This document shows positions 10,824 to 20,158 of a DNA stretch of 64,000 nucleotides, one piece after another (the first letter of the stretch is position 1; the number at the start of each line of letters is the position of its first letter). The stretch comes from Desulfurococcaceae archaeon. Its GTDB lineage: Archaea; Thermoproteota; Thermoprotei_A; Sulfolobales; Desulfurococcaceae. The DNA lies in the NCBI GenBank assembly GCA_038888155.1, contig JAWAJB010000004.1, forward strand, positions 64,001 through 128,000. Direction: 5' to 3'. The position numbers and the translations under genes were made by a program. Under the pieces are notes generated by a model. The model was not told where the DNA came from, ran no database searches, and saw only the letters and a program-made list of their open reading frames with translations.

Positions 10824-11871
10824 AGAACACGGGAACTTTGTAGATCTCATCTTAGATAAAGCCGTTGACTCTGTACAATTTAAGGAACTGTACAATAAGC
10901 TATTGGATGAATATCACATATTAATGTTTCAACTGAAATCCTACTACCCGATTATAAGGCTAACCAATTATAGGTCGGGCAAGTCGACTCTATATACGTA
11001 CAGATGGGTTTTAACTTCATTGACGATCGTAACAGTGTTTTTAACCGGATTCGCTCTTTCCTCGGGACTCCAGCAGGTACTCAACCTATCTTTCAACATC
11101 AGTGACATTCTAATCAACTCAGCTCTCTACACGACGGTATTCTTAGCGTCGCTCATATCACACGAAATAGGGCATCTAGCCATAAGCAAGAGAACTGGGA
11201 TTAGATCAGAGGGACCCATATTAATCCCGGCGCCTCCGCTCCAACTAGGGTTTATAGGAACGCTGGGAGCTATTATACTAACGAAAACCCCGCCTTGCAC
11301 AAGAAAAGATCTCGCCAAGCTGGGACTGATGGGGCCTCTCCTGGGGTTCACTGTTAGCCTGTTGTTTGGCCTACTGGGAGTTTACTTATCCCCTGTAGTG
11401 CCGCCAAGTGCCGCTGAAAGGCTAGTTGAAGAGGGGGCGCTCTCTCCCCTTCAAGTAGCTAGCTTAAGCTTCTACTTACTAACATTGCTTAAAAACGAGG
11501 GAGTACTCGTTGTTCACCCTGTTCTTTTCTCTTCTTACGTTATACACTTGGTTACGTTTCTAAACCTCTTGCCCATAGGTCAACTGGATGGGGGTCACGT
11601 GGTTAGAAGCGCAGTTGGGCCAAGGCCTTTCAAAACGATTGGTGCAGTTATTCCCATGATTTTGCTGACAGCAGGTGTGGCTCTCACCATTATGGGGCTT
11701 AATGGGATCTACTATATAGGTATAGGGCTAATTACGCTTGTACTTTACTCAATAATGGGTCGAAGGGGGCATCCAGGCGTAGCAAATCAGCTCGACGAAT
11801 CTAAGTGCAATATTTGCATTGTACTCTACTTCGTTTTGCTGATACTAACAGTGCCGATACCCTTTGCTTAG
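10723..11871 (+). CDS. Site-2 (M50) membrane metalloprotease
   Basis: HEIGH and [11 protein letters not shown] motifs, multiple TM helices; true start may be later. Confidence 0.92.
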   Translation: MNTSLCQSINSLTQKLSDILSLFSKAGISIVEYREHGNFVDLILDKAVDSVQFKELYNKLLDEYHILMFQLKSYYPIIRLTNYRSGKSTLYTYRWVLTSLTIVTVFLTGFALSSGLQQVLNLSFNISDILINSALYTTVFLASLISHEIGHLAISKRTGIRSEGPILIPAPPLQLGFIGTLGAIILTKTPPCTRKDLAKLGLMGPLLGFTVSLLFGLLGVYLSPVVPPSAAERLVEEGALSPLQVASLSFYLLTLLKNEGVLVVHPVLFSSYVIHLVTFLNLLPIGQLDGGHVVRSAVGPRPFKTIGAVIPMILLTAGVALTIMGLNGIYYIGIGLITLVLYSIMGRRGHPGVANQLDESKCNICIVLYFVLLILTVPIPFA

Positions 11872-11924
11872 CTTTTTAGCCCAGCGGTGCCAAGATAGAC
11901 CCCAAAAAATCCCAGGGAGCCCGG

Positions 11925-14021
11925 GTGAGGAAAATTCGCGCAGAGCCCTCAAATGCAGATTATTGGGGAAACAGATTGGGGGTAGACAGCGCTAACATAT
12001 GGAGCTTAAAGGGCAGTGTGCTTATTATAGCCGAAAAGCCGAAAGCTGCCAATAAGATATCCGAATCCCTATCATTAAAATACCAAGTCCGTAAATTCTA
12101 CGGGGTACCATACTATGAAATCAAGGCAAATGAATTAACACTAATTGTAGCAAGCGCTGTAGGCCACTTATATGAACTTCGCACTAGGTCGAGAAGCTAT
12201 CCCGTTTTTGATTACGAGTGGGTGCCGGCCTATATTGCAAGTAGAGGAAAAACTTACACGCGTAGGTATCTGCAAGCGCTAAGTTCACTGTTTAAAAAAT
12301 GCTCATACTATGTTAATGCATGCGATTACGATATAGAAGGTAGCGTTATTGGATACCTATTGATAAAGTTCCACGGCAATGAAGAGCGTGCATTTAGGGT
12401 AAAATTCTCTAGCCTCGTAAGCTCTGAGCTAAAAGCTGCCTTCAATAAGCTTTCACCGCTAGATTACAACATGATAGAGGCAGGCTTGTGTAGACACGAG
12501 CTAGATTGGATCTGGGGTATAAACATAAGTAGAGCACTAATGAGTTCGGTGTATAAGGCTTCAAGCAAGAAAATTCCCCTGAGTGCAGGGCGCGTTCAAA
12601 CGCCAACTCTCAAGTACCTCGCCAAGAACGATCTCGAGAGAAAGCTCTTTATACCTCTCCCACAATATACACTATCAGTCACCTTGCAGAAGAACAACAG
12701 ACAATTCACTGCTGAACTGTCGATAAATCCTATTTTAAAGGAAATAGAAGCCAAGAACATAAAAGATCATGTGGAGAAATTCGAGTACCTCGTAGTTGAG
12801 GGCTTTACTCTGAGTAGACAGAGGTATAGGCCTCTGCCTCCTTTCAGCTTAAGCGATCTGCAGGAGGAAGCCTCTAGGGTGTATGGGATTAGCCCGATGA
12901 GAACTCAGAGAATCGCTGAACAGTTGTACTTAGATGCCCTAATAAGCTATCCTAGAACGAATAGCCAGAAACTTCCGCCAACTCTGAACTACAGGGAGAT
13001 CTTAGACAAGTTGGCCAAACAGGGTAAGTACTACTCCTTGGTAAAACAGCTTCTCGTAGAAACTAGAGACTCGCTTAAGCCAATAGAAGGAGAGAGAGAA
13101 GATCCAGCTCACCCAGCTATTTATCCAACTGGTGTTCTTCCTCGCAAACTAACAAGGGAGCAATACGTTATTTATGATTTAATAGTTAGGAGATTTTTGG
13201 CGTCTTTTGCCCAGCCAGCCGTGGTCTTAAATGCAAAAATATCGTTGACAACTCCTGACGCTAAGTACTGGTTTGAGACAACCGGCTTAATGGTTGAATA
13301 TAAAGGCTGGATGGCGTATTATCCATTCCGCTCTCCCTCAACTAGGCCTATACCCGAGGTTGAGAGGGGAGATAGAGTTGAAGTAGTTGAAGTCAACGTT
13401 CGTGAATCGTACACTAAGCCAAAACCTAAGTTGAGGAAAATTGATGTACTGAAATGGATGGAAGGCGTTAACATCGGAACTGAGTCCACGAGGGCCCTTA
13501 TTATCGAGAAACTGTTTGAGCGGGGATACGCGAAAAGCACTAAATCAGGTATAGAGATCACCGAACTTGGAGCTGGTATAGCCGACGTAATAGAGTCGTT
13601 TTTCCCTGATCTTACCAGCGTTGAGCTAACTCGTAAATTCGAGGTTCTAATGGACGAGATAACGAAGGGGATAAGGAAAAGAGAGCAAGTTATAGAGGAG
13701 GCGAAGAGGGTCATTCAAGATCTGCTTGTAAGGTTTAACGACAACATCAACGGCGTTGGGCTACAGCTAGCTAAGAGACTTTCAATGATTGATAATTACG
13801 AAAAGTGCCTTATTTCTGGATGCAGGGGCGATGCCCATAGGAAGGGGCTCTGTGAAGTCCACTATAACGCATACAAAACGCTAATAGAGAAATACAGTGA
13901 GTGGAAAAGCCGAAAACAGGCCTCTTTCAAGGAGTATATACGCGCGATTAACAAATCTAAATCCACTGGAAAGTACATTAAGGACATTATACAGTACTTC
14001 CCGATCGAACCACCGCCTTAG
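11925..14021 (+). CDS. topA: Type IA DNA topoisomerase
   Basis: IAEKP, DYDIEG TOPRIM, SAGRVQTP, ISYPRT active-site Tyr. Confidence 0.96.
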   Translation: MRKIRAEPSNADYWGNRLGVDSANIWSLKGSVLIIAEKPKAANKISESLSLKYQVRKFYGVPYYEIKANELTLIVASAVGHLYELRTRSRSYPVFDYEWVPAYIASRGKTYTRRYLQALSSLFKKCSYYVNACDYDIEGSVIGYLLIKFHGNEERAFRVKFSSLVSSELKAAFNKLSPLDYNMIEAGLCRHELDWIWGINISRALMSSVYKASSKKIPLSAGRVQTPTLKYLAKNDLERKLFIPLPQYTLSVTLQKNNRQFTAELSINPILKEIEAKNIKDHVEKFEYLVVEGFTLSRQRYRPLPPFSLSDLQEEASRVYGISPMRTQRIAEQLYLDALISYPRTNSQKLPPTLNYREILDKLAKQGKYYSLVKQLLVETRDSLKPIEGEREDPAHPAIYPTGVLPRKLTREQYVIYDLIVRRFLASFAQPAVVLNAKISLTTPDAKYWFETTGLMVEYKGWMAYYPFRSPSTRPIPEVERGDRVEVVEVNVRESYTKPKPKLRKIDVLKWMEGVNIGTESTRALIIEKLFERGYAKSTKSGIEITELGAGIADVIESFFPDLTSVELTRKFEVLMDEITKGIRKREQVIEEAKRVIQDLLVRFNDNINGVGLQLAKRLSMIDNYEKCLISGCRGDAHRKGLCEVHYNAYKTLIEKYSEWKSRKQASFKEYIRAINKSKSTGKYIKDIIQYFPIEPPP

Positions 14022-14476
14022 GCACAACTTTCGCCTCTAAGCATTAAAGCCAAGTTGCCAATATATGGGACCTTGAATAAGATACGATCAAAGCTTAAAA
14101 CTTTGCCGACAACGCGGTCATAGGGAATCCCCTTATTATCATCGAAGTACCTGTAGTCAGGAAGAGAGTTATTGTCTCCTTGGGTAACGTAGTAATATTT
14201 TCCGTCAGTTGACAATACTTCAGTAACTCTATGTATAATAAGTGTATTATATTTTGTCCTGTAGACAATGACGTCCCCTTCCCATATATCTTCTGGGGAG
14301 GCCTTGACAATGAAAACTATATCTCCCTCTCGAAGTAATGGGAGCATGCTGTTGCACTTAACTATAGCTATAGGCACTTCTGCGAAAAACAGCCAGAAAG
14401 TGAGAATTAGAGATGTAAATAAAGCCAGCGCTAAAAGCAAAATGGCAAATCTCTTGCCATACATGCCAAAGGACAA
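14018..14476 (-). CDS. Signal peptidase I (Sec11 type)
   Basis: N-terminal TM helix, SMLP, IIHRV, TQGDNN..PD. Confidence 0.92.
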   Translation of the reverse strand: MSFGMYGKRFAILLLALALFTSLILTFWLFFAEVPIAIVKCNSMLPLLREGDIVFIVKASPEDIWEGDVIVYRTKYNTLIIHRVTEVLSTDGKYYYVTQGDNNSLPDYRYFDDNKGIPYDRVVGKVLSFDRILFKVPYIGNLALMLRGESCA

Positions 14477-14487
14477 CTTTAGCTACC

Positions 14488-14766
14488 CTACTCCTTGAGG
14501 ATCTCATCTACGTCTAACACTATCTCCTTTGGTGGTCTCTCCTCTTCTTCAGCAAGCCTTCTGCCTCCTTCTATCTCAAGGCCCCCTCCTACCTTTAGCT
14601 TGCTTATGGGCCCCCTCCAGCTATAACCACAACTTAGACACCTCAGCGAGCCCATAACGGTCACAGTTATCCTGCCAGCTTTATCTGGTAGTGGCGAGAC
14701 CATGTTCCAAGTCTTAACGACTTCGACGTTCGTATTTCCGCACTTTGGACACTTCTTAGCATTCAT
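14488..14766 (-). CDS. Cren7-like small chromatin protein with two CxxC pairs and an acidic tail
   Basis: CPKC..VVKTWNMVSP..G..V..G.LRCLSCGYSWR resembles the Cren7 SH3-like pattern. Confidence 0.6.
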   Translation of the reverse strand: MNAKKCPKCGNTNVEVVKTWNMVSPLPDKAGRITVTVMGSLRCLSCGYSWRGPISKLKVGGGLEIEGGRRLAEEEERPPKEIVLDVDEILKE

Positions 14767-15077
14767 TGTGGACTCACCAATGCCTCATATACAATGCACA
14801 GTATTAAAGGTAACGGTATTAAAACAAAGATCTTTCCTCTGGAAGAGTGCCTCGTACAGGTTAGGCAAATCAACATTGAGTAGGATAAAACCAAGGAAAT
14901 GGCTGGTATAAGTTTCGAGTCTCCAACCATAGAGTGGATCACGGGTAAAGAGTACAGGATTTCAGTAAAAATAACGAAGAAAAGTGTGCTTTTTATCCTT
15001 GAACTCAACATAATGCTAATCACTAACCACGAAACGTAAGATATCACTATATTAACCATAAATGCGTTACTCCACAA
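14763..15077 (-). CDS. Hypothetical small membrane protein
   Basis: 104 aa, about four hydrophobic segments, ATGA overlap with the next gene. Confidence 0.5.
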   Translation of the reverse strand: MWSNAFMVNIVISYVSWLVISIMLSSRIKSTLFFVIFTEILYSLPVIHSMVGDSKLIPAISLVLSYSMLICLTCTRHSSRGKIFVLIPLPLILCIVYEALVSPQ

Positions 15078-15103
15078 GGTAATAGCCCCTTTGGGTACAC
15101 AAG

Positions 15104-16420
15104 ATGTCTATGTTTGATTTACTCTGGGAGTCTCTAATAATTAAAGACATTAGGGGAAGAATGGTACTGGATAGCAGGGGCAACCCTACTGTACAGGTCA
15201 GGGTGGTTACAGAGGGGTATGGAGTAGGGATAGCAAATGCACCAAGTGGGGTATCCAGGGGCAAAAACGAGGCCGTTGAGTTAAGGGACGAGGGCAAAGA
15301 GTACCTGGGAAAAGGCGTCGATAAGGCTGTTGAAAACGTAAATAGAGTAATTGCGCCCACGTTAATTGGAATGAATGCGGCCAAACAATACGAAATAGAC
15401 TACAAAATGATAGAACTTGATGGAACTGAGAGTAAAAGTAGGCTCGGCGCTAACGCTATAGTTTCAACAAGCCTTGCCGTGGCAAAAGCAGCTGCTTCAA
15501 CAATTGGCATCCCCCTTTACATGTACCTTGGGGGAAAGTTTGCAGACACGATCCCGGTCCCAATGCTAAACGTAATTAATGGAGGGCTCCACGCAGGAAA
15601 TAAGCTAGACATGCAGGAGTTCATGATAGTGCCAGCTGGCTTTAACAATTACCCTGAAGCCATTAGGGCTGCCGTAGAAGTATACCACATATTGAAGAAT
15701 GTTATCAAAGAGAAATATGGAGCCACTGCCGTAAATGTGGGCGATGAGGGCGGATATGCTCCGCCATTAGAGAAAACTAGGGATGCCCTAGATCTATTGA
15801 TCAACGCAATCAATAAGGCTGGCTACGAGGCGGGCAAGCAAATAGTTATAGCGCTAGATGTGGCAAGCTCGAGGCTCTACAGGGATGATAAGAAAACGTA
15901 TGTTTTACAGGGCGAGGGCAAAGAGCTTACTCGCGAAGAGCTAATTTTATTTTACGAGGAGTTAGTTCGCGACTATCCAATTGTGAGCTTAGAAGATCCG
16001 CTACACGAAGAGGACTTCGAAGGATATTCGTTGCTAACCAAGAATTTAGGCTCTAAGGTCCTAATAGTTGGTGATGATCTCTTCGCAACTAATTACAAGA
16101 GGTTGAGCAGAGGAATAGAGCTCAAGGCAACTAATGCTGTATTAATAAAGGTGAATCAGGCTGGCACTTTAACAGAATCCTGCGAGGTGCTTAAAGTTGC
16201 AAAAGAAAACAACTTACACACTGTAATTAGCCACAGAAGTGGGGAAACAGAGGATAGTGCAATAGTAGATATAGCCGTAGGCTTCTCTGCCAGCTTAATA
16301 AAGGCTGGAGCCCCAGCCCGTAGCGAGAGAACTGCTAAGTACAACAGGCTACTTGAAATAAATGAAGAGCTGGAGAAACCTCGATACCTTGGTTTATCCA
16401 TATTCCCCAAAAAGCTGTAG
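15104..16420 (+). CDS. eno: Enolase
   Basis: DSRGNPTV, GDEGG, GDDL, LIKVNQ, SHRSGETED. Confidence 0.97.
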   Translation: MSMFDLLWESLIIKDIRGRMVLDSRGNPTVQVRVVTEGYGVGIANAPSGVSRGKNEAVELRDEGKEYLGKGVDKAVENVNRVIAPTLIGMNAAKQYEIDYKMIELDGTESKSRLGANAIVSTSLAVAKAAASTIGIPLYMYLGGKFADTIPVPMLNVINGGLHAGNKLDMQEFMIVPAGFNNYPEAIRAAVEVYHILKNVIKEKYGATAVNVGDEGGYAPPLEKTRDALDLLINAINKAGYEAGKQIVIALDVASSRLYRDDKKTYVLQGEGKELTREELILFYEELVRDYPIVSLEDPLHEEDFEGYSLLTKNLGSKVLIVGDDLFATNYKRLSRGIELKATNAVLIKVNQAGTLTESCEVLKVAKENNLHTVISHRSGETEDSAIVDIAVGFSASLIKAGAPARSERTAKYNRLLEINEELEKPRYLGLSIFPKKL

Positions 16421-16440
16421 TTTTTTCTTAGATCAAACCC

Positions 16441-16695
16441 CTAAGGCATAAACAGGCCCGATATTATTAAAACCACCGAGAGCACTAAGATCAACTTAAT
16501 GAACTGCCCTATCGTCAAGTTAGGTATGGCTTTTACTAGGCTCAGTATCACTTTTAGGGCAAGTGCTCCAATCAATATCATTAGCAGTACAAAGCCGCCA
16601 ACAAATAGCCAAAATCCTATACCGTTCACCTTGAATAACAGCTCTGAGAAACCGCTGAGAAACTGGGATATCTTGCTAATTGTGTCTTGATTCAT
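16441..16695 (-). CDS. Hypothetical small membrane protein
   Basis: 84 aa, two hydrophobic helices, GGTGA SD and TATA upstream. Confidence 0.7.
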   Translation of the reverse strand: MNQDTISKISQFLSGFSELLFKVNGIGFWLFVGGFVLLMILIGALALKVILSLVKAIPNLTIGQFIKLILVLSVVLIISGLFMP

Positions 16696-16821
16696 ACTTG
16701 TCTCACCATAGATTAACTCAAGTTGGTTAGTTTTAAAGCTCTTGGGTCCCCGCTATAATTTGCTAGATTTAAATTTCATAGGCACTCAAGTATATAATTG
16801 GGATTGAAGAGAACCATTAAA

Positions 16822-16890
16822 CGAAAATGATGAAGGTTAAAAGCGCGGAGCCCGCTTCTAGGGCAATGGCTTGTGCCAGGCTTCTGATGC
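16822..16890 (+). ncRNA. Box C/D guide sRNA candidate (possibly tRNA-targeting)
   Basis: TATA near 16791; C ATGATGA 16827-33, 12-nt guide, D' CGGA 16846-49, GCCC/GGGC hairpin, poor C', D CTGA 16884-87. Confidence 0.6.
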
Positions 16891-16967
16891 TTCTATCATC
16901 AAATCCCCACGCATTGGTTAAGTTGGTAGGAGACATTGACCTAGTGTTTTTAAGCGTTTCTGCATGC

Positions 16968-16988
16968 ATTTCACCAACGGTGTGAAAT
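16968..16988. promoter_or_regulatory. Inverted repeat ATTTCAC-N7-GTGAAAT over the predicted cdvA start site and SD
   Basis: Perfect 7-bp arms ending at the base before the ATG; TATA-like TTTTAAG near 16948. Confidence 0.45.
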
Positions 16989-17672
16989 ATGTGTACAACA
17001 ATAGAAAATGTTGTAGAGTGCCTTGGCAAACCTGTAGTAGATCCATATAACAGGAGATTAGGCTACATTACGAGCTTCTTCAGCGACGTTGATGGAAGGG
17101 TTAAATCCCTAGAGGTTAATTTCCACGACGAAGAGTACAAGGAAGTAGCAATAGATAGATTTAAGATCTCTGCAGAGAGTATTGTTCTAATGCCTGAGTA
17201 TGAACACCGCGCCTTAGTTACTGAAAACAGGCTAAAGCTGATTAAGAGCAGGCTCGCCTCTCTTGAGGAGCTATATTCTAGGAAAGAGGTTCCCTCGCAC
17301 GTATACGAGTCTCTTAAGAAGAGACTTGAAGAAGAGCTGGCAAGCGTTAAGGCATCAGCCCGAGAAGTAAAGGACATCCTTAGATCTAAACTACACGAAA
17401 TAGAAGACCAAATTGCCGAGGTAGAGAGAGCTGCCGCGGCATTGAAAACAAGCTACATTGCTGGTGAGATATCAGAGAAACCCTACCTAACAGTAGCTGA
17501 TATGATGAAGAAGAGCCTTGAGACCTTCCAGAAGGAAAAAGACAACATTAAGAAGCACCTCGACAAAATAGAGTCTCTCGAAGCTCTGCCCATAGGTCCG
17601 GCTATAAGTGCACAACAGATAAAGGGGACAGAAGGTCAACAGGAGCCAATGCAAGTAGTCGTTTTGGGTTAA
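16989..17672 (+). CDS. cdvA: Cell division protein CdvA
   Basis: N-terminal PRC barrel (LGKPVVDPYNRRLG), long coiled coil, YIAGEISEK, C-terminal beta peptide EPMQVVVL. Confidence 0.88.
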   Translation: MCTTIENVVECLGKPVVDPYNRRLGYITSFFSDVDGRVKSLEVNFHDEEYKEVAIDRFKISAESIVLMPEYEHRALVTENRLKLIKSRLASLEELYSRKEVPSHVYESLKKRLEEELASVKASAREVKDILRSKLHEIEDQIAEVERAAAALKTSYIAGEISEKPYLTVADMMKKSLETFQKEKDNIKKHLDKIESLEALPIGPAISAQQIKGTEGQQEPMQVVVLG

Positions 17673-17792
17673 AGGACGTTTTTAGCCACGCTGATGTTCA
17701 TCAAAAATTAACTTATTGGAAAAAATATGAAAAGTTTGTCTCGATAACATCTAACTACCTCATTCTATATGTTTAATGTATAGGAAACAGGG

Positions 17793-18086
17793 CTAAAACG
17801 ATGTTATTACATATCTTCCATCTTCATTCATATATGCTTCACCTTGATCGATCAACAAATTCAAAGCTTTGCGGATCTTGTCTTCGCTTGCAATTCCTGA
17901 TAGGATCTGGTGGATCTCCTTTAGGTTCATGCATCTATAGCCTAAGAGCTCTCTCACTATTTTAACTAATTCATCGTCGTTCGGAGCGGTCACTAAGAGT
18001 ACGTCGCTATCTTCATGTAGTATTTTGAGCCTTATTCGCCTACTTAATTCCTGTACCTCCTCTACGCTTAGCCCCATGTACTTCAT
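17793..18086 (-). CDS. Small winged-helix (ArsR-like) DNA-binding protein
   Basis: MNLKEIHQILSGIASEDKIRKALNLLIDQG..DGRY wHTH pattern; GGAGGTG SD. Confidence 0.75.
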   Translation of the reverse strand: MKYMGLSVEEVQELSRRIRLKILHEDSDVLLVTAPNDDELVKIVRELLGYRCMNLKEIHQILSGIASEDKIRKALNLLIDQGEAYMNEDGRYVITSF

Positions 18087-18163
18087 TAGCTAAAAACACC
18101 TCCAATTGGATAACTACGAATCTATAAGGATAAAGGTCAATTTAAATTTTATGGGTAACGTAA

Positions 18164-19483
18164 ATGGATATACATGTGATCTTTCTTTACGATAATAGAG
18201 CTAAGTACGGGATCAACGCTGTCATCGCCGCTATAGATAACCTAAAAAAAGTAAAAATACACTTAATTAGTAACATAGAGGAGATCCTCGCTTTAGCAGC
18301 CTCTATTAAATTAAAGGGTTGTAAATGCGTTGTTGGTTTGAGTTTATTTTCCACTATGCTTGTTGAGAACGATAACTACATTAAGATAAAGCACGCTATA
18401 GCTGAGCTAAAAAGGCTGGGTTGTATGGTTGTAGGAGGGGGGCCCCACGCTACGGGCGATCCAGTTGGCTCACTTTTCAGCCTAGGGTTCAACTATGTTT
18501 TCCTAGGAGAAGCGGAAAGCTCATTTAAGGAGTTTATTTTATCAATTCAACAGGGACTAGATGAGCGTAGCGTTAAGGGGATAGCCTATTTAGATGAAAA
18601 TAACAAGTTCGTCTTCACTGGGCGCAGTAAACCGTTAGACTTAGACGAATTCGAGCCTTTCCCTTACTGGAGGGGTATATTCAACCCTATAGAGATTACT
18701 AGAGGCTGTCCATACGGATGTTCCTATTGCCAGGTCTCGTACATGCACGGGTTTCAATATAGGCACCGAAGTTCCGAGAAAATACAATTCTACGCACGAG
18801 AGATGTCCAAGAAAGGATATAGAGACGTGAGATTCCTTACACCTAATGGACTGGCTTACGGACAAAAATATCCAGGTAGAGAACTGAACACTGAAGCCCT
18901 AGAGAACCTCCTCATTGGCGTAAAGAAATCACTGCGCGAAGTTAATGGCAGATTGTTCCTTGGATCTTTCCCTAGCGAAATAAGGCCAGAATACGTTACA
19001 GAGGACTCATTAAGGGTCTTAAAGAAATACGTGGCCAATAAAAACATAATTATCGGCGCTCAATCGGGCAGCAATAGGGTATTAAAAGAGATAAGGAGGA
19101 GTCACACCGTAGAAGATGTATTGAATGCTGCCTGCTTGTCAATAGAACATGGATTTACACCCCACGTAGATCTAATTATTGGCTTCCCAAGGGAGTCTAT
19201 TGATGATATGGAGAAGACGCTTGATCTCGCAACGAAAATCGTAGAATTGGGGGGCAGGATACATCTACACTACTTTCTGCCTCTGCCTGGAACTCCATTA
19301 GGTGCGAAAAATCCTTCGATCTTACCGCTCTCGATTAAGAAAAAGCTTCTGCATATAACGGGCTCGGGAAAGGCATATGGTAGCTGGCTTAAACAAGAGG
19401 AAATATCATGGAAAATGGTCGATCTACGCTTGAAAGGAGTAATGAGTGCTAGCGGCAGAAGCGCTTCACCGATTTATACATGA
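18164..19483 (+). CDS. B12-binding radical SAM protein
   Basis: GGPHAT, GEAE, ITRGCPYGCSYC. Confidence 0.9.
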   Translation: MDIHVIFLYDNRAKYGINAVIAAIDNLKKVKIHLISNIEEILALAASIKLKGCKCVVGLSLFSTMLVENDNYIKIKHAIAELKRLGCMVVGGGPHATGDPVGSLFSLGFNYVFLGEAESSFKEFILSIQQGLDERSVKGIAYLDENNKFVFTGRSKPLDLDEFEPFPYWRGIFNPIEITRGCPYGCSYCQVSYMHGFQYRHRSSEKIQFYAREMSKKGYRDVRFLTPNGLAYGQKYPGRELNTEALENLLIGVKKSLREVNGRLFLGSFPSEIRPEYVTEDSLRVLKKYVANKNIIIGAQSGSNRVLKEIRRSHTVEDVLNAACLSIEHGFTPHVDLIIGFPRESIDDMEKTLDLATKIVELGGRIHLHYFLPLPGTPLGAKNPSILPLSIKKKLLHITGSGKAYGSWLKQEEISWKMVDLRLKGVMSASGRSASPIYT

Positions 19484-19572
19484 TTAGATTTAAAACGCGC
19501 GCTGCAAAAACTACAAACTTGCAAGCCTTGAGGTTTTATTAACGTGAACGATATATATTGGAGAGAGTGAAA

Positions 19573-20019
19573 CTACCTGTTAACCCGCGAGCGTTGTGCA
19601 ACGCTGTTGCCGCTTTTAATATCAATGTAGTTAGCTAAACCCTGGCAATAAACGGGGTCGTAGAATCCCCCCTCGTAACACCTACTAATGTACTGACAGG
19701 ATAGGCAAGGTAAGTCTATTACTCTCTCGAATAATTCACGAAGAGTTAAAACAGTTTCTCCTCCCTTCTCTAAAGCTCGGAGTATAGTTTCTTTGTTTGC
19801 TTTGATCTTATACGTCTTTCTTTTGTTATGTACAACAACTTCTCTCTTCACAAGCCCAAGCTTCTCTAACTTATATAGAGACTTAGTAACGACCTTTGCG
19901 TCGAGTCCTATCATTTTTGGCAAATCGCTTTGAAAAATAGTCTCATCAGCTCTATAAATCCACTTCAAGATTGCTATATCGTACTTATTCAATGAAAAGT
20001 TACTCAATGTAGACACCAA
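19573..20019 (-). CDS. Transcription factor E beta subunit (RPC34-like wHTH plus Fe-S domain)
   Basis: wHTH IFQSDL..LEKLGLVKRE; C-terminal PCLSC-x5-C-x10-C; follows gar1-tfb2 as in Sulfolobales. Confidence 0.82.
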   Translation of the reverse strand: MVSTLSNFSLNKYDIAILKWIYRADETIFQSDLPKMIGLDAKVVTKSLYKLEKLGLVKREVVVHNKRKTYKIKANKETILRALEKGGETVLTLRELFERVIDLPCLSCQYISRCYEGGFYDPVYCQGLANYIDIKSGNSVAQRSRVNR

Positions 20020-20158
20020 GCAGGCTGTACTAAACCAGTTACACTGGAAAGTTCTCTAAAAGGCATAATATATTTTATTTTGAGAGGGCTTATTAGAAGT
20101 AACAACGGCTTTGTTAGTAGCATATTCTACAATGCTCGCCAAATCGCGCTGAGGTTTT

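Noticed and set aside
16817-17029. 70-aa minus-strand ORF
   Set aside because: Antisense to the cdvA start, its promoter and the sRNA candidate.
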